The position numbers were made by a program, and so were the translations under genes. From Lama guanicoe (taxonomy: Eukaryota), in contig MU054220.1 in assembly GCA_013239625.1 (NCBI GenBank), forward strand, positions 8,839,367 to 8,903,366: 64,000 nucleotides of DNA, in the 5' to 3' direction. A model generated the notes under the pieces. That model saw only the letters and a list, made by a program, of their open reading frames with translations. It did not search any database and was not told the DNA's origin. Positions 27,821 to 40,812 of the stretch are shown in pieces (the stretch's first letter is position 1; every line of letters starts with the position of its first letter).

Positions 27821-28544
27821 AGGTAATATAGAATAAGTAAATGTCTCGTTATTATGTATATCATTAGCACATGTGGCCCCAAAAGAAAAAGAATGGGGTC
27901 TTGACTATTCTTCAATACCAATTGACTTATAGATTTTACTACACTCATTATAAATTGAGCCAGGAGTCTATGCACTGGACATAATCAGGAGATTTATATT
28001 TAATCCATCATTCTTGCACCTAAGTGCTGGGTGAACTTCATCAAGTCACCTTGTCTGAATTTCTATTCTATCATTTGTAAAGGGACTGGATTAAACTAAA
28101 TGAACTTTATTGACTCCTCTCACTCTAGAATACTGGAGTTCGGGCAATAGAATGTAGACGTCACCAACTAAAATAAAATACCCGTAGATTACTTTTTAGG
28201 ATTTTTTTTCTCTAATTGTAATTTACCATGCAGAGTTGGTTAGAAAAACTTTCTTGAACAGGTAATGGCATTTGAAAGAAAGACATTATTTTGAGTGTTC
28301 TATATATAAGTAGACGAATAGCTTTTTCATCTTCTATAAGCCACTTGAATATACAATGTCAAAAGCCTGAAATTTGTTAAAAGGCAATGTGAATAAAAAA
28401 TGCCAAAAACAGCAATTCTCTTAGTTTCCAAAATATGTTTCCCACCTCAAATATTCAGCACTAGGCACATTTAATAGAAGTTACATAAGAAAACAAAGCT
28501 AAAATCTATATAAAAACAAAATGTTTCATGCTACGTTCAAAGTG

Positions 28545-29890
28545 ATTCAGATCTAACACCCATCATAAAAATCAACCCCAAGTGGATCATAGACCAAAAT
28601 GTAAAACATAAAACTACAAAATTCCTAGAATATAACATAGGAGGCAAACTAAATGACTAGTAAATGGTGATGACTTTTCAGATACAATACGAAAAGCACA
28701 ATCTATGAAATAAGTAATTGATAAGCTGGATTTCATTACCATGAAAAATTCTGCTCTGCAAAAGACAACGTCCAGAGAACGAGAAGACAAGCCACTGACC
28801 GAGAGAAAACATTTTCAAAAGACATACCTGATAAAGAACTGTTATTGACACCATACAAATAATTCTTAAAACTCAACAAAAAGAAAATGAACAATCCAAT
28901 TAAAAAATGAGCCAAATACCTTAAGAGACATCCCATAAAAGATGACACGGAGATGACAAATAAGCACGTGAAAAGATGCTCCATAGCATATCTCATCAGG
29001 GAAATGCAAATGAAATGAGATGCCGCTGCTCAGTATTTAGAATCGTCAAACCCAGAACACTGACAACACCAAATGCTGACCAGGACGTGGAGCAACAGGA
29101 ACTCTCATTCATTGCTTCTGGGAATGCAAAATGGTACACTTTGGAAGCAGATTGGCGGTTTCTTACAAAATGAAACACACTTTTACAATACAATCCAGGA
29201 AACACAGTCCTTGGTATTTACTCAAAGGAATTAAAGACTTATGCCCATACAAGGACCTGCACACAGATGTTTATAAAGATTTATTCATAATTGCCAAAAT
29301 CTGGAAGCAACCAAGATGTCATTTCACAGGTGAATACATAAATAAATTGTGGTAGATTGAAACAGTAGACTATTATTCACTGCTAAAAAGAAGTAACATA
29401 ATAAGCCTTGAAAATACATTAAGGAATCTTAAATGCATGTTACTAAGTGAAAAAAGCCAATCTGAAAAGGCTTAATACTGTATGATTCCATATACGACAT
29501 TCCAGAAAAGGCAAAACTATGGAGACAGTAAAAAGATCAGGGATTAGAAGGGGGTGGGGGATGAACAGGCAGAACACGGAGGAGTTTTAGGGGAATGAAA
29601 CTCTTGCATATGAAACCGTAATGATGGGTTCATGTTTTTATGCAACTGTTCAAACACGCAGAATGTACCTCGCCAAGTGTGAACGCTAATGGAAACTAAG
29701 GACTTTGGGTGATGATAATGTGTCAGTGTAGGTTCATCTACTGTAACAAAAGTACCATACTGGTGATGGATGCTGATAGCTGGGGAGGCTATGAGGACAG
29801 GAAGTATATGGTATATCTTTTGTACTTTGGCTTTAATTTTGCTTTGAACCTAATACTATTCTAAAAATGAAGTCTTTTGGAAAAGAAAAA
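28545..29890 (+). mobile_element. L1MC-type element: degenerate ORF2 3' part and 3' UTR
   Basis: Peptide LFIIAKIWKQPRCHFTGEYINKLW; UTR GGACTTTGGGTGATGATAATGTGTCAGTGTAGGTTCATC...TTTGCTTTGAACCTAA. Confidence 0.9.
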
Positions 29891-29909
29891 AATCAAGCAT
29901 AAGTTACAT

Positions 29910-30712
29910 AACATGCTGATATTAGGGAACACTGGGTTATGAATGTACAGAAATTCTTTGTATTATCCTTGCAAATCGTGTTTAAAATTACTATTTCAAA
30001 ATGAAAGTTAAAAAATTTGAACAGATGCTGACCATATGATCCCTAGTTATTTGCACATGAAATGTAAATGAATATATTCCTACAAAGACTAGTCAGTGCA
30101 CAAATACTCTTGGCAGCTTTATTTGTAAAAGTTAATGCCTGGAAATAACCCAAATGTCCATTACAGGTGAATAAAACAATTCTGGTGTATACATTCAATA
30201 CAACTATTCAGCAGTGAGAAGGAATGGACTATTGATACCCACAAAAATATGGATGAATCTCAAAATAATTATGAGTACAAGAACGAGTATACATTCTATG
30301 ATTTTATTCATATAATTTCTAGTAAATACAATCTAATCTATAGTGACAGAAAGCGTTTGCCTTGAGAGGTACAAGGAGCCTGATAGAGAAGGTGGGAGGG
30401 AAGGATTACAAAAGGGCAGGAGAAAACCTTTTCATGGATGGATATGTTCATTATATTGATTTGAAAATGAATTCAAATATATATATATTTATAGTCATAA
30501 ATATATATGATCAGTTATACATATTTTTATATATTTAATGTTACATACATATTTTTATACATTTGATAAGCTATATATAAATATACATTTGATAATCTGA
30601 TGGTTTTATACATATATACATCAAATCTACATGAAAACTTACCAAGTTGCACATTTCATATACATGCAATTTTCTATATATCAATTATATCTCAATTAAG
30701 CTGTTCAAAATA
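29910..30712 (+). mobile_element. L1ME-type 3' fragments with TA-rich low complexity (30475-30620)
   Basis: CTGGAAATAACCCAAATGTCCA...ATGGATGAATCTCAAAATAATTATG...TCTAATCTATAGTGACAGAAAGC...TCAATTATATCTCAAT. Confidence 0.8.
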
Positions 30713-33700
30713 AATTGAGAAAATGTTCACTTAACTGCCGTTTTGAAAGAGTTCATTCCTACATTTTCAAATTTGGTAAATCTAGTTCTAATTTTGTATA
30801 TCTTGAGATGAGTATGGACAGTGTATTACTCACATGAATCAGCCATTATACTTTAAAAATAGAGTAGTTTGTGAGTACAGAAAGGGTTGTTTCTTTATTT
30901 CAGTTTCCCCAAATGAATTTGGAGCTGGCCTTAGAGGTTTTAGCTATTTTCACGATTTAGCAAATTGCTTTCAAACTCTGTTATTTTTATACAAGATCTT
31001 CCTGAGGATCATCCGGATATAAAATTTATAGATGTTTTGTCTCTTATCAGCCACCAGCCATGCATCGATCTAATTAGCTTTTGGAAAGTGTTAAAAGGGG
31101 TCCAATGAGCATTTCAAGTATAATTTTGTTTTAACAAAGTGCTATTTGCATATCCTTAATCTTTAGAGAAGTGATTTTTTACTGTAACCTACACTTTCCC
31201 AGGTCTTTGCAAAACCATCTGTTAGCCCAAATCAAAGCATCAGGTAAAGCGGTTTCACAAATTAATTTTTTTTGGTTATGCAAAATGCAAATAGTGACAT
31301 TAGCTGGCTAAATGGGTATGTGTGAGTGTTTACTGTGATCTTTTATTCTAATTTCTTTCTGATAAATTTAAAATGAGAGAGGCACACAGAAAAAGTCCCT
31401 CAGAATTTGATTTTGATATGTCAAGGAGATTATTCATCAACCAATAAGTTAACATTTGTAAAGTGTTCAGAAAATTGCCTGGCATATAGAAGACTACATA
31501 AAAGTGTCTGTTAAAAATGAATAAATAAATAAATACCTTTTTAAAAGCATAATGATTAATCATGTTTCCCCTGTTTCATAAAAATTATATAAAATTTTGG
31601 TCCTCTAAATATAGCAAATCTTCATGCTCTGCTCTTTATGGATGTAAGTGGATTACTGGATTTCAAGATCTGAATTTTATCCTCCTCACCACTGGCTTCT
31701 TCACCTCAGTGGTCTGTTTCTCCTCTCCCACTCACTAGGCTGTCCTGGGCTCTGACTCCTTCAAAGGGAGGGTGACATAGAAGATGCAAAAAAAACGACT
31801 GACTTGGTAGATACATTTAACCTGCTGTTGGCACCGTTTGGTACTGAAAGATGCCCATGGGCTGATCCTTTCTCTCAGGGGTTGTATTTTGGGGTTACCC
31901 TTCCCCGTCTCCTTCAGCCACCATTCCCTCTCAAGCACCTGGACGGAGTCCCTCACACCTTCATTTCTGGTGTGGATTCTACAGTTTTCTGGGGTGTAGA
32001 GGATATGATCTCTGGGTAGAAGAAAAGTTGATCCAAACCCAAATCTCTCCTGGGAGAGATTCATTTCTCCACCTCTTTTTGGGATACATTACCAGCATGT
32101 GATAAAATGCTTTAGTGATTTTTCTGCTGAACTTTATTTGAATTAATGCTTATTCTAGGAAACTAGTCACTTATCTGCCCCTATGAACATCAGTGGATAT
32201 TAGCTGATTACCATTCAAGTCTAGCGGCTTTAGCCAGATATTCTTTCCTTTTGTTTTTAATAACTACTGTCTTATAATTCTCTTTTTTTCATTAAATGAT
32301 TCCACCAAGACTAAGTCTTCAAAGTAGCCTGGTAGAGGTCTTTCCCATTGATTTGTCACTTTGAAATGGGCCCATAACTCAATTATTTAAAATGTTTTCT
32401 TTAGCATACCATATGATTCCCCAACTCCATGTGTGTTCCTGGCCCTACATTCCATGCAGATTCTTTCCGGTGCGGTCCCCAGACAGAACCCCTGAGCAGA
32501 GTCCCTTCATGGAGATGCACACTTGGTCACCTTTGGCCACCTTTGGCAGAGTCCACTCTGGACAAGGAAATATTTGCTTTGCCTCATGACTATCAGTGGA
32601 CAGGCAGTTCAGTCTCAGTCTCACCTTTGGACTCTTCCAGGCAAAGGGCATATACTTGTTTCTCCCCGCTTCTTATTCCAGATAACGCATGAGAAGTTTT
32701 GTAAAGGAATATACTGAAGGCCCATTCCTTGGCTTAAGATGGACACTACCTGTTCCCAACCTGACAGAGAAAGGAGGACTTGACAGTCATTCAATATTGC
32801 TCTCCCAAGAAATCCTCAACTTGGGTCTCTCTCATAATCAGTCTTGCCTCAGCCAGATCATCATGTTTGGCTTAAGTCTGGGTGATGAGCTAGAGGTCCA
32901 AAAAGTCAAGAGTCACCCTGTTGGCAAGTTTAGCATCGATAGTCAAACATATCTACTTTAAAAGAAAGCATATTGACACTTAATTGTACTTAATTTGGGG
33001 ACTTCAGCCCAAACCAAGATATCAAAACCAATTCTTTTAAACATTCAATTAAACTTTCAAATAATCTAATATCATCAGTGTTACCCAACGATGCTTCTTT
33101 TAGGCATCCCAGAAGTAAGTTCAATGGATTCTTTGATAATCGGCTTCAATGGATTCTTATAAATGATTTTGAAATAAAAGTCCCTGACAAAGATTGCTCA
33201 TCAAAGAAGAAAACATCTTGCTATTTATCATCAAAAAAGCAAAAGAATGAAAATTTGTTATTTACATATGACATGCTAAGATGAAACCATTCTTTACTGT
33301 GGAAAGATGAAAGTTTGGGGCCAGATTTTATAAACAGAAGAGTCTGAAAGACAAATGTTTAGAACTGAAAATTCATCTGTTTTTGTCATAAGAAATGGAA
33401 AATCATTGCATTTGTACTGAATCCTCCTTAGCTCATTACTTCTGAGCATTTTTCTTATGACTAGCTCTGGAACTCCTTTTTGGGAAATAACTTATAGGTA
33501 AGGAAACATGCATCTCTTATTCTTGAGAGTCCTTTTGTTGTCCTAATAAACTGCCCCAAATTTCCAAATATGGAAATTTAAAATATCTTCATATTTGAGC
33601 TACAGCTCCTACCTGAATCTTGTACTAAAATCCTTTGTCAGATGGCCTCTGATTGTTTATTTGTAATATACAGTCCCTGTATTAATAATTCACTCTTACT

Positions 33701-34369
33701 TTGAGTGGTACCAGTAGAGCAAACCTTTAATTTTCTGCTGTGTCTAAATAATCAGCATAATTATTGCATTAGACATGAACACAGATCTTTCTGGTCTATT
33801 TTCTGAAAGGTTTTGTGTCATTTTATCCGTTTTAAGCGTTCACAGTGTTTCATGCCCAAGCATCTAGTAACAGTGTGCAAGTTTTAAATCATTTCTTATC
33901 ACTTTTGCAAAGAAATGAGGAGATACTTACTTTAACTCAGCATTAATCTTTTCATACTTTTCCCCGTGAACTTATTTAATTTGATTACTGAAATCCATGT
34001 TTAGTCTAACTTAGGCCTTCCCACCATATTTTGGAAAAAAACACTGTCATTAGTATTGCCTTGAGTAGCAAATCAATGAAAGCATGAAATCATATTTACA
34101 CACTCCAAATGAAGTCTGTAAGACATGCAAGTTCTAAGTCCTGTTGAACATGCTTTCGTGCCAGTGGCATTAGTTCTAAATTACACAACTTTCTTATCAA
34201 ACATTTTTACTCATTGAATGAAGCTGAAAATTTCTCAGTTTTTCTAGTCATGTTATATAAGCCCCAGATTAATCTCTTGAAGACATCCAAAAAATGCTGA
34301 GAGCACTTATATCAGACTTAACAAAGCTTACTGCATTTAAAAAAACATAAAATGAAGATTCTTGCACAG

Positions 34370-34565
34370 GCTTTGGTCAGACATTTCTGGATTCAAATTC
34401 TGGCACATTCTTTCCCACATTTCATCCTAATTTACTTGCTGTATGACCTTGAGAAAGTTTAAATTAAAATTTTCTGAGCCAGATTTCCCATCCTTAGAGC
34501 GGGATTAATAATACTTATTTACATGGAAATACCGTGTAGGGGATTATATACAACAAGGTAGCTAA
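34370..34565 (+). mobile_element. MIR SINE
   Basis: TTTACTTGCTGTATGACCTTGAGAAAGTT...TCTGAGCCAGATTTCCCATC. Confidence 0.65.
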
Positions 34566-34586
34566 AGTCCACTATGGTTTTCAGAA

Positions 34587-35302
34587 CAGTATTCCTCAAA
34601 CTTTAACATGCTACTCATCCATCAAAAATGATAAAATAACACCATTTGCAGCCACATGGATGGACCTGGAGATTGTCATTCTAAGTGAAGTAAGCCAAAA
34701 AGAGAAAGAAAAATACCATATAATATTACTTATATGTGGAATCTAAAAAAAAAAAAAATACAAACGAACTTATTTGCAAAACAGAAACAGACTCTCAGAC
34801 ACAGAGAACAAACTTGTGGTTACCTGGTGGAGAGGAGGGTGGGAGGGAATAAACTGGGAGTCAGAAATTTGCATATACTAATGGACATATATAGAATAGA
34901 TAAACAATAAGTTCATGCTGTCTAGCGCGGGGAACTATATTTGATATCTTGTAGTAACTTACGGTGAAAAAGAATATGAAAACAAACATATGTATGTTCC
35001 TATATGACTGAAGCATTATGCTGTACACCAGGAATTGACATGACATTGTAAACTGACTATACTCCAGTAAAATATATATACACAAAAAAGTAGTAATAAT
35101 AAAAATTAGAAAAGTATATGAAAGACTATAATCCAAGAACAAAAGTATAGTGACTAAAGCAAAAAAAAAAATCATCCAAATCACCTGGGAATTTTGGTTA
35201 AATGTAGATTCTGATTCAGTGGGTCTAAGGTGGGACTCACTCACTTTCTGCATTCCTTAAAAGCTCCCTGGTGGTCCTCAGAATGCCCACTGAGTAGCAA
35301 GG
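34587..35302 (+). mobile_element. MER5A/MER5A1 hAT relic split by L1 (34587-34614 and 35179-35302)
   Basis: CAGTATTCCTCAAACTTTAACATGC ... AATCACCTGGGA...GATTCTGATTCAGTGGGTCT...TGAGTAGCAAGG. Confidence 0.8.
34621..35171 (+). mobile_element. Young L1: ORF2 C-terminus, 3' UTR, extra tail segment and poly(A)
   Basis: 34621-34746 translates without interruption as IKNDKITPFAATWMDLEIVILSEVSQKEKEKYHIILLICGI*; TSD TCATCCA at 34615-34621 and 35172-35178. Confidence 0.92.
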
Positions 35303-37716
35303 TCCTAGAAGTTTCCCATGAAGTAGTATCCATTCTATCTTTATAATAATTGCTTTCTAGACAGGCCAAAATATTCTCATTCTACACAGAAAATAACAAA
35401 CCCCTCCATTTTTATATCAGTAATCCATTACTCTCAGTAGTGTAGTTTAGATCTCACAAAGAAGTTGACATGTGCCAAGAATCAAACATGGAGAAGAAAT
35501 ACAAATGTTAGGAAGAACTTTTGCTACCTGTGACTCAAGTTCTAAACAAAAGAGAAAACTTTTTTTTTTTTTCAAAGAGCTTAAATAAGGTTGACAAAAG
35601 TATGAGACACAAACACAGAGATCTGATTTTGGTTTAATGTCGTCAGTCGCTGGAAGGCTTTACAGACCTTAGGAGATTCTGCGAAGAGGCAAAGACAGAT
35701 TGACATTGTTTCTGTTGTTCAAATCTTTCCTGTTTATTTTAAGATACTGTCTGCATAAAACAGTGTCCTAAACAATGGGGAAACTGACAGAACATCAAAT
35801 CTCCTTTAGAAGAAAAGTGATGAGCTACAGGCAGAGGAATGCTGAGAGACAGACGAGAGGGACTTTAGGCAATCAGAGTAAAAATTGCTGCCTGATGGAA
35901 TCCAAGCAGCAAGAACCTCATTTTGCAAAATACTTGATGACTTTTTATAGCGTTATAGCATTTGAGCTTGATGCTGTATGATATTCACCCAGTGACAACC
36001 TGACCCTCTTCTTCCCTGAGAAGTTATCAGTCCTCTGTACAAAAGTAATTCTGTGGCTGTCTTGCCAAAGATGAACTCATGAATCAGTGATGTGGGCAGA
36101 GGTGGCATCCCAGATAGCATTCTGAAAAATCCATAAATTCTTTAAGAAAGGCTGTTTCTCTACTGCTGTCAGGTGCTATTATGCCTAAATCATGCAATTC
36201 TATTTGGAAACTCGAGGTGGTCTGGAAAAGTGCCCCAAGGAGCTAAAAGAAGAGAAAACTATGAAAGTAAAAATGCCAGGGAGACAAGATGTTTTATTAT
36301 TGCACAAAGGTCAAGAAGAAGAATGTAGGGCATGTCATTGTTCAGTAACAGCTTAAAACGCTGCAATTTAATTTAGACCTGGTCTGTATTACGCTGTCAA
36401 TGAGATATGAAATTTTAGGATCAATAAGCAATATGTTCTCAGTCAAATTTTAAGAACCAACAAACAAAGGGCCTCACACTGGGAAAATTGATGTCTAAGA
36501 GTTCCAATATTCTGGAAAACTGAACAGCGTGCATATGTAAGTTATCTCATCAGGTAACTTGCTCTATATTACTTAATCAGACTCACTCCGTAAGTCTTTT
36601 ATATCTGATATACACTAAAGGCAAGAATTTACCCATAAACTAACCATGCTTGGTACTTAGTCTAGTCCACAAGCACATGACAGTTGGTCAGTAGTTGGAA
36701 TATATACCAATTATATTAGAAAGAAAGAATCAATGATTTTTAAGCATAGGGTGGAGTTTGGGAAGATGAATCATAAGGAGAATTAAAAAGAAATATTATT
36801 TTGTGGAAGCTTTTGTTTTCTTTCATGTTTACCTTTCTCACGTATAATTTTTTTTCTTTTTTAGTCTGTGGTGGCTCATACCTAGTTGTCCTCTTTCAAC
36901 TTCTTTTTCAAATGCTGAACCAAACACTATAGTCTTGGCCATAAAGAAAGGAAAACTAAGGATATCAGCATAGAATTACCAATCTCTTGGATGTTTTACC
37001 CTAATTACTACACATACAGGCTGTAAATCCAGTTAAGGTCAATCATTTGCAAGAGCAACATGAACAAATTAATTATATCTCATTTACTACTTTTTTCTTT
37101 AGGAATTCTGTCAGTCAACAAATATAACCAAATGCTAAGTTGGTGATAAAATTATGATGAGCTGAGGTGATACAGATTCTGTTCTCATAGAACTCAAAGA
37201 CAGAAAGAAAATCAGAGAATGACAGTTAAAAAAGAGAACACTGGCGGTATTGGAAGAGACTCTGGGAGCTACCAGGATGTCATAAGAACGCAAAAATGTC
37301 AAAAGCTAACCTAAATAGTTTTCTGAACAAACAACTAAATAAACACATTAAGTACAATATTTAACAGTGAAATTAACTAGAAGCACCTGCACTGATATGA
37401 AGAAAAGAAGAATGTATAACATAATCACAGTGTCACAAATCTGGGGGGAATTCTGGACATTTCACAAAGGTTAAAAAAAAATAAAGATTTAAATACTGTA
37501 AAGTATGTCATTATTTGTCAATACTTATTATCCAAACTGAAAATTTAAAGAAAATGGATTGAAAATTTTAAATCTATTAAGAGTACTCAGCAATATTAGT
37601 GACAAAATAAATTACAAAAGCTATCATTGTGAATGTGACATAAAATATCAAATAAAAATATACCCTTTTTGTTACAATGGAGTAATAGAAACCCTAGGAA
37701 AAAACTTCACAGCTAT

Positions 37717-37740
37717 ACACACACACACACACACACACAC
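37717..37740. repeat. (AC)12 microsatellite
   Basis: Read directly. Confidence 0.97.
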
Positions 37741-39229
37741 AAATTATATAAAGAAAACTGCACCATTTTAATGAGTGACATAAAAAAATAAGACATACAG
37801 AATGAATCATTATTTGGCAAAGAGAGGCAGGAGTGAGAAAGTGAAGGAAGAGGAAACCAGAATTCTTCCTGATGGTTCTACTCAATCACTATTTAAGCAA
37901 CAGGTGACATTTAAAAGCTTTTCCCAGTTTCTGCACCTCAAAAAGGTATCTACTTTTTGGCATTTGCTGATGACAGAAGTACTTTCCCACTCCTTTACTT
38001 TAGCTACAATAGCTAAAAACACTTTGTCAATGAAACACTAATATTCAAAATAGTTGAAATTTCCAGGGTGCCTTTTGCAGGAGATGGGACAATGGCAAAC
38101 ATCTGCCGTTCTCCCTGGATTCCCAGAGACAAGTTGAATATAATATTATGCTGATGACTATCAATAGCATTTTGAGTTTGCTTTTCCTGGTCCTTCCTCT
38201 ACCCCTCCCCAGACATTTTTATTCAGAGACAATCAATGCTGCCTGGAACTGGATGTCTCCTTTCCAAACATTAGAGACTAACTGACACAAAGCCACTGGA
38301 CTAATGTGCCTACTAAAGCTGAAATGGGATGAAGGGGTTAGACTAAAGGATGAAGCTGGTAGGGAGAGTGATTTAGTAACTCATAGTTGATATGGTCAGT
38401 TGGACCATCTTCTCTGACCATATCAGTCATGAGAAACTAGTTTTCTGGTTTTATGTTGCCTCAATCGGATGAAAGTATGAGCAATACCTACAGCGTCTAA
38501 GAGACCAGAGACAAGAGTCGGACAAGTGGATGATTTCACGCTCATGCTAACAGTAAAGAGATTAAAAAAAAAATTCTGGCTAGGACCAATCTAAGCACAG
38601 GGAAATTCATAGCTGAGGTCCAGGAGTCAAAAACACACCCCTCCTTTGTACGAGAATTTATATAGGAAATGCTTAATTTCATTTCATTCAAGAGAGCTGT
38701 AGAGCCTAAAAGCATTTTATAACACAAATTCAGCAATTCAGCACAAATTCTTAGACTGCCAATTTGAGTTTTAGGTAACATAGTCTACTCTTTTAGAAGG
38801 CCTTGGGCATGATTAATTTAATTTGGGGATGATAAACATAGTAGAAGAATGGCAGTTCCCATGACCAAGTGACTGCAGAGCAGCATTTATACATGGTTCA
38901 GAGAGGCTGCGCTCTGGCATCCAGGGGCAACAAATGTGGTTTGGCCATCAACCCTGTTGACAGTGGTCTACTTTTACTACAAATGTGGCTGTAGGTCCTA
39001 CATTTACATTGATCTTTTAATGACCAAAAGTATTCCCAACACGTTTTTTTCCTGTTTAATATATTCAAAGTTAGTTTCTATTTCTGGCAGTCAAGAAACC
39101 AGGCTGCACAATAAAAATACAATTATGTTCAAATCCTACATTTGTTCTAGTTACAAATCACAAATAAAGCAACACTATGGTTGTCAATATTATTAACTAT
39201 TATTCTGGACATGTGGGCCCATGTAAGAA

Positions 39230-39610
39230 GATTTAATATGAAAGGACAATTTTTGAGGAAATGCATACCAACTATCATTATTTCCATATGATATGATTAT
39301 AAAATTAGAAAGTCCAGAGAATCACTTAAAAATTTCTATAATGAAAAATTCAGAAGTATGATTGGATAGGTATCAATAAATATGTAAAAAAAATCAAATA
39401 ATGAATAAGCCAATCAGAGGACAAAATAGAAAGAAATATCCCACATACGAAAAAGAAACAAATATTTTAACATACAATAAAACACATACAGATTTTCCCA
39501 GTCATAAATATAGAAGCCTAAACAAATTAAATACAGTGAAAGAAAACAAATCAAAACATAAACTACTAAACTTTGCTGATACACATTTAAGATCTGGCAA
39601 AACAATGACA
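39230..39610 (+). mobile_element. Very old L1 ORF2 fragment
   Basis: A-rich text resembling ORF2 (GATATGATTATAAAATTAGAAAGTCCAGAGAATCAC...). Confidence 0.55.
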
Positions 39611-39624
39611 GATGTAACATGGCT

Positions 39625-40460
39625 GTTATAAAGGTTACTGGTCATATGTTCCGCAGTATGTCTTTTGATTTGGATTCGTATGATGTTTCTCTCATGAATG
39701 ATCTGTGGTTATAGGATTTGGAGAGGAAGACCTCAGTGGTGAAGTGCCATTTTCACCATGTCATGAAAAGGGTATGGTAACTCTTGATGTTAACATTGAT
39801 TATCTGTCTAAGGCAGCGCCTGCCAAGATTCTCCACTGCAGTTACTCTCTTCCTGACCCTTTCACATCATGCTGTTTCGAAGCGAATTGATATGAGCAGC
39901 TCACACTTGAGGAGTGGAATTACACTCCACCCCACTGAGGGCAAGGTATCTTCACATGTTAGTTGAATTGATTTAACATAGGAGATGTGTCTAGTTTCCC
40001 CTGCTTATTTATTCAATCACTTATTTACATCAAGTATGGACTCACAGGTATTTATTTTATATTTTGGGTTACATTCCAATACTATCTTACTTGTCGCTCA
40101 ATTTTTCCCAGTTTGGGGCACTGGGAGTTCTTTCACTGGGCTTCTGGGTCCCTCGAGCATGTCCCTATCACTGTGAAACATTCTGAACACTTTTCTACTT
40201 TCTGGCACGACAAGATGCTACCTATCATTTTGTTTATTTGTTGCTTCAGATCTAGATTCAGTCATTTACCTAAGTAGTCCTGGACTCTTTTTTTGGAGAA
40301 TAGTATTGGAAACCAAAATCTGACTGCTAGGCCATTTTCTACATAAGAAAATGTAACAATAACACAGAGCTCCTGCGGACCTCTCATAAAACCTCCCCCA
40401 GTAGTAACATACTAGAAAACTATGGAATGATACTACATCCAGAAAGCTATATTGTTAGTA
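39625..40460 (-). mobile_element. L1MC/MD-type 3' UTR
   Basis: GTGAAGTGCCATTTTCACCATGTCAT...TGATGTTAACATTGAT...GCCAAGATTCTCCACTG...AGTATGGACTCA...GAAACCAAAATCTG. Confidence 0.75.
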
Positions 40461-40750
40461 CTTTTTATTTTAATTACATAGAAAAATTAATTCCATTTGG
40501 TTTATTCAAGATTCTATTTATATTCACTTGATCAAGTATGAGCTGAAATGTGAACATACCTAGAATCATCTCTTGGCACCCAGGTCAGATAAAGCTTGAT
40601 CACCTATAAAATAGATGAGTTTCAGTCCCCAGAATGCTGTGAGGAACAAAGGATGCTACCAAATGAGAAATCCTGCATTCTCTATGCAGGTTCATAGGAA
40701 TTATCCTCTCCACTTTATCTCTGTATCTGTTTCATTTCTTTACCTCTCTG

Positions 40751-40812
40751 TAGATAGATAGACAGATAGATAGATAGACATACATACATACATACATACA
40801 TACATACATAGA
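40751..40812. repeat. Compound (TAGA/CAGA)n(TACA)n tetranucleotide repeat
   Basis: Read directly. Confidence 0.95.

Noticed and set aside
31690..32660. GC-richer stretches, possibly ancient LTR remnants
   Set aside because: Could not assign termini or a family with confidence
34861..35253. Longest ORF (130 aa, hydrophobic)
   Set aside because: Antisense read of an A-rich L1 UTR plus MER5A; the hydrophobicity is a compositional artefact
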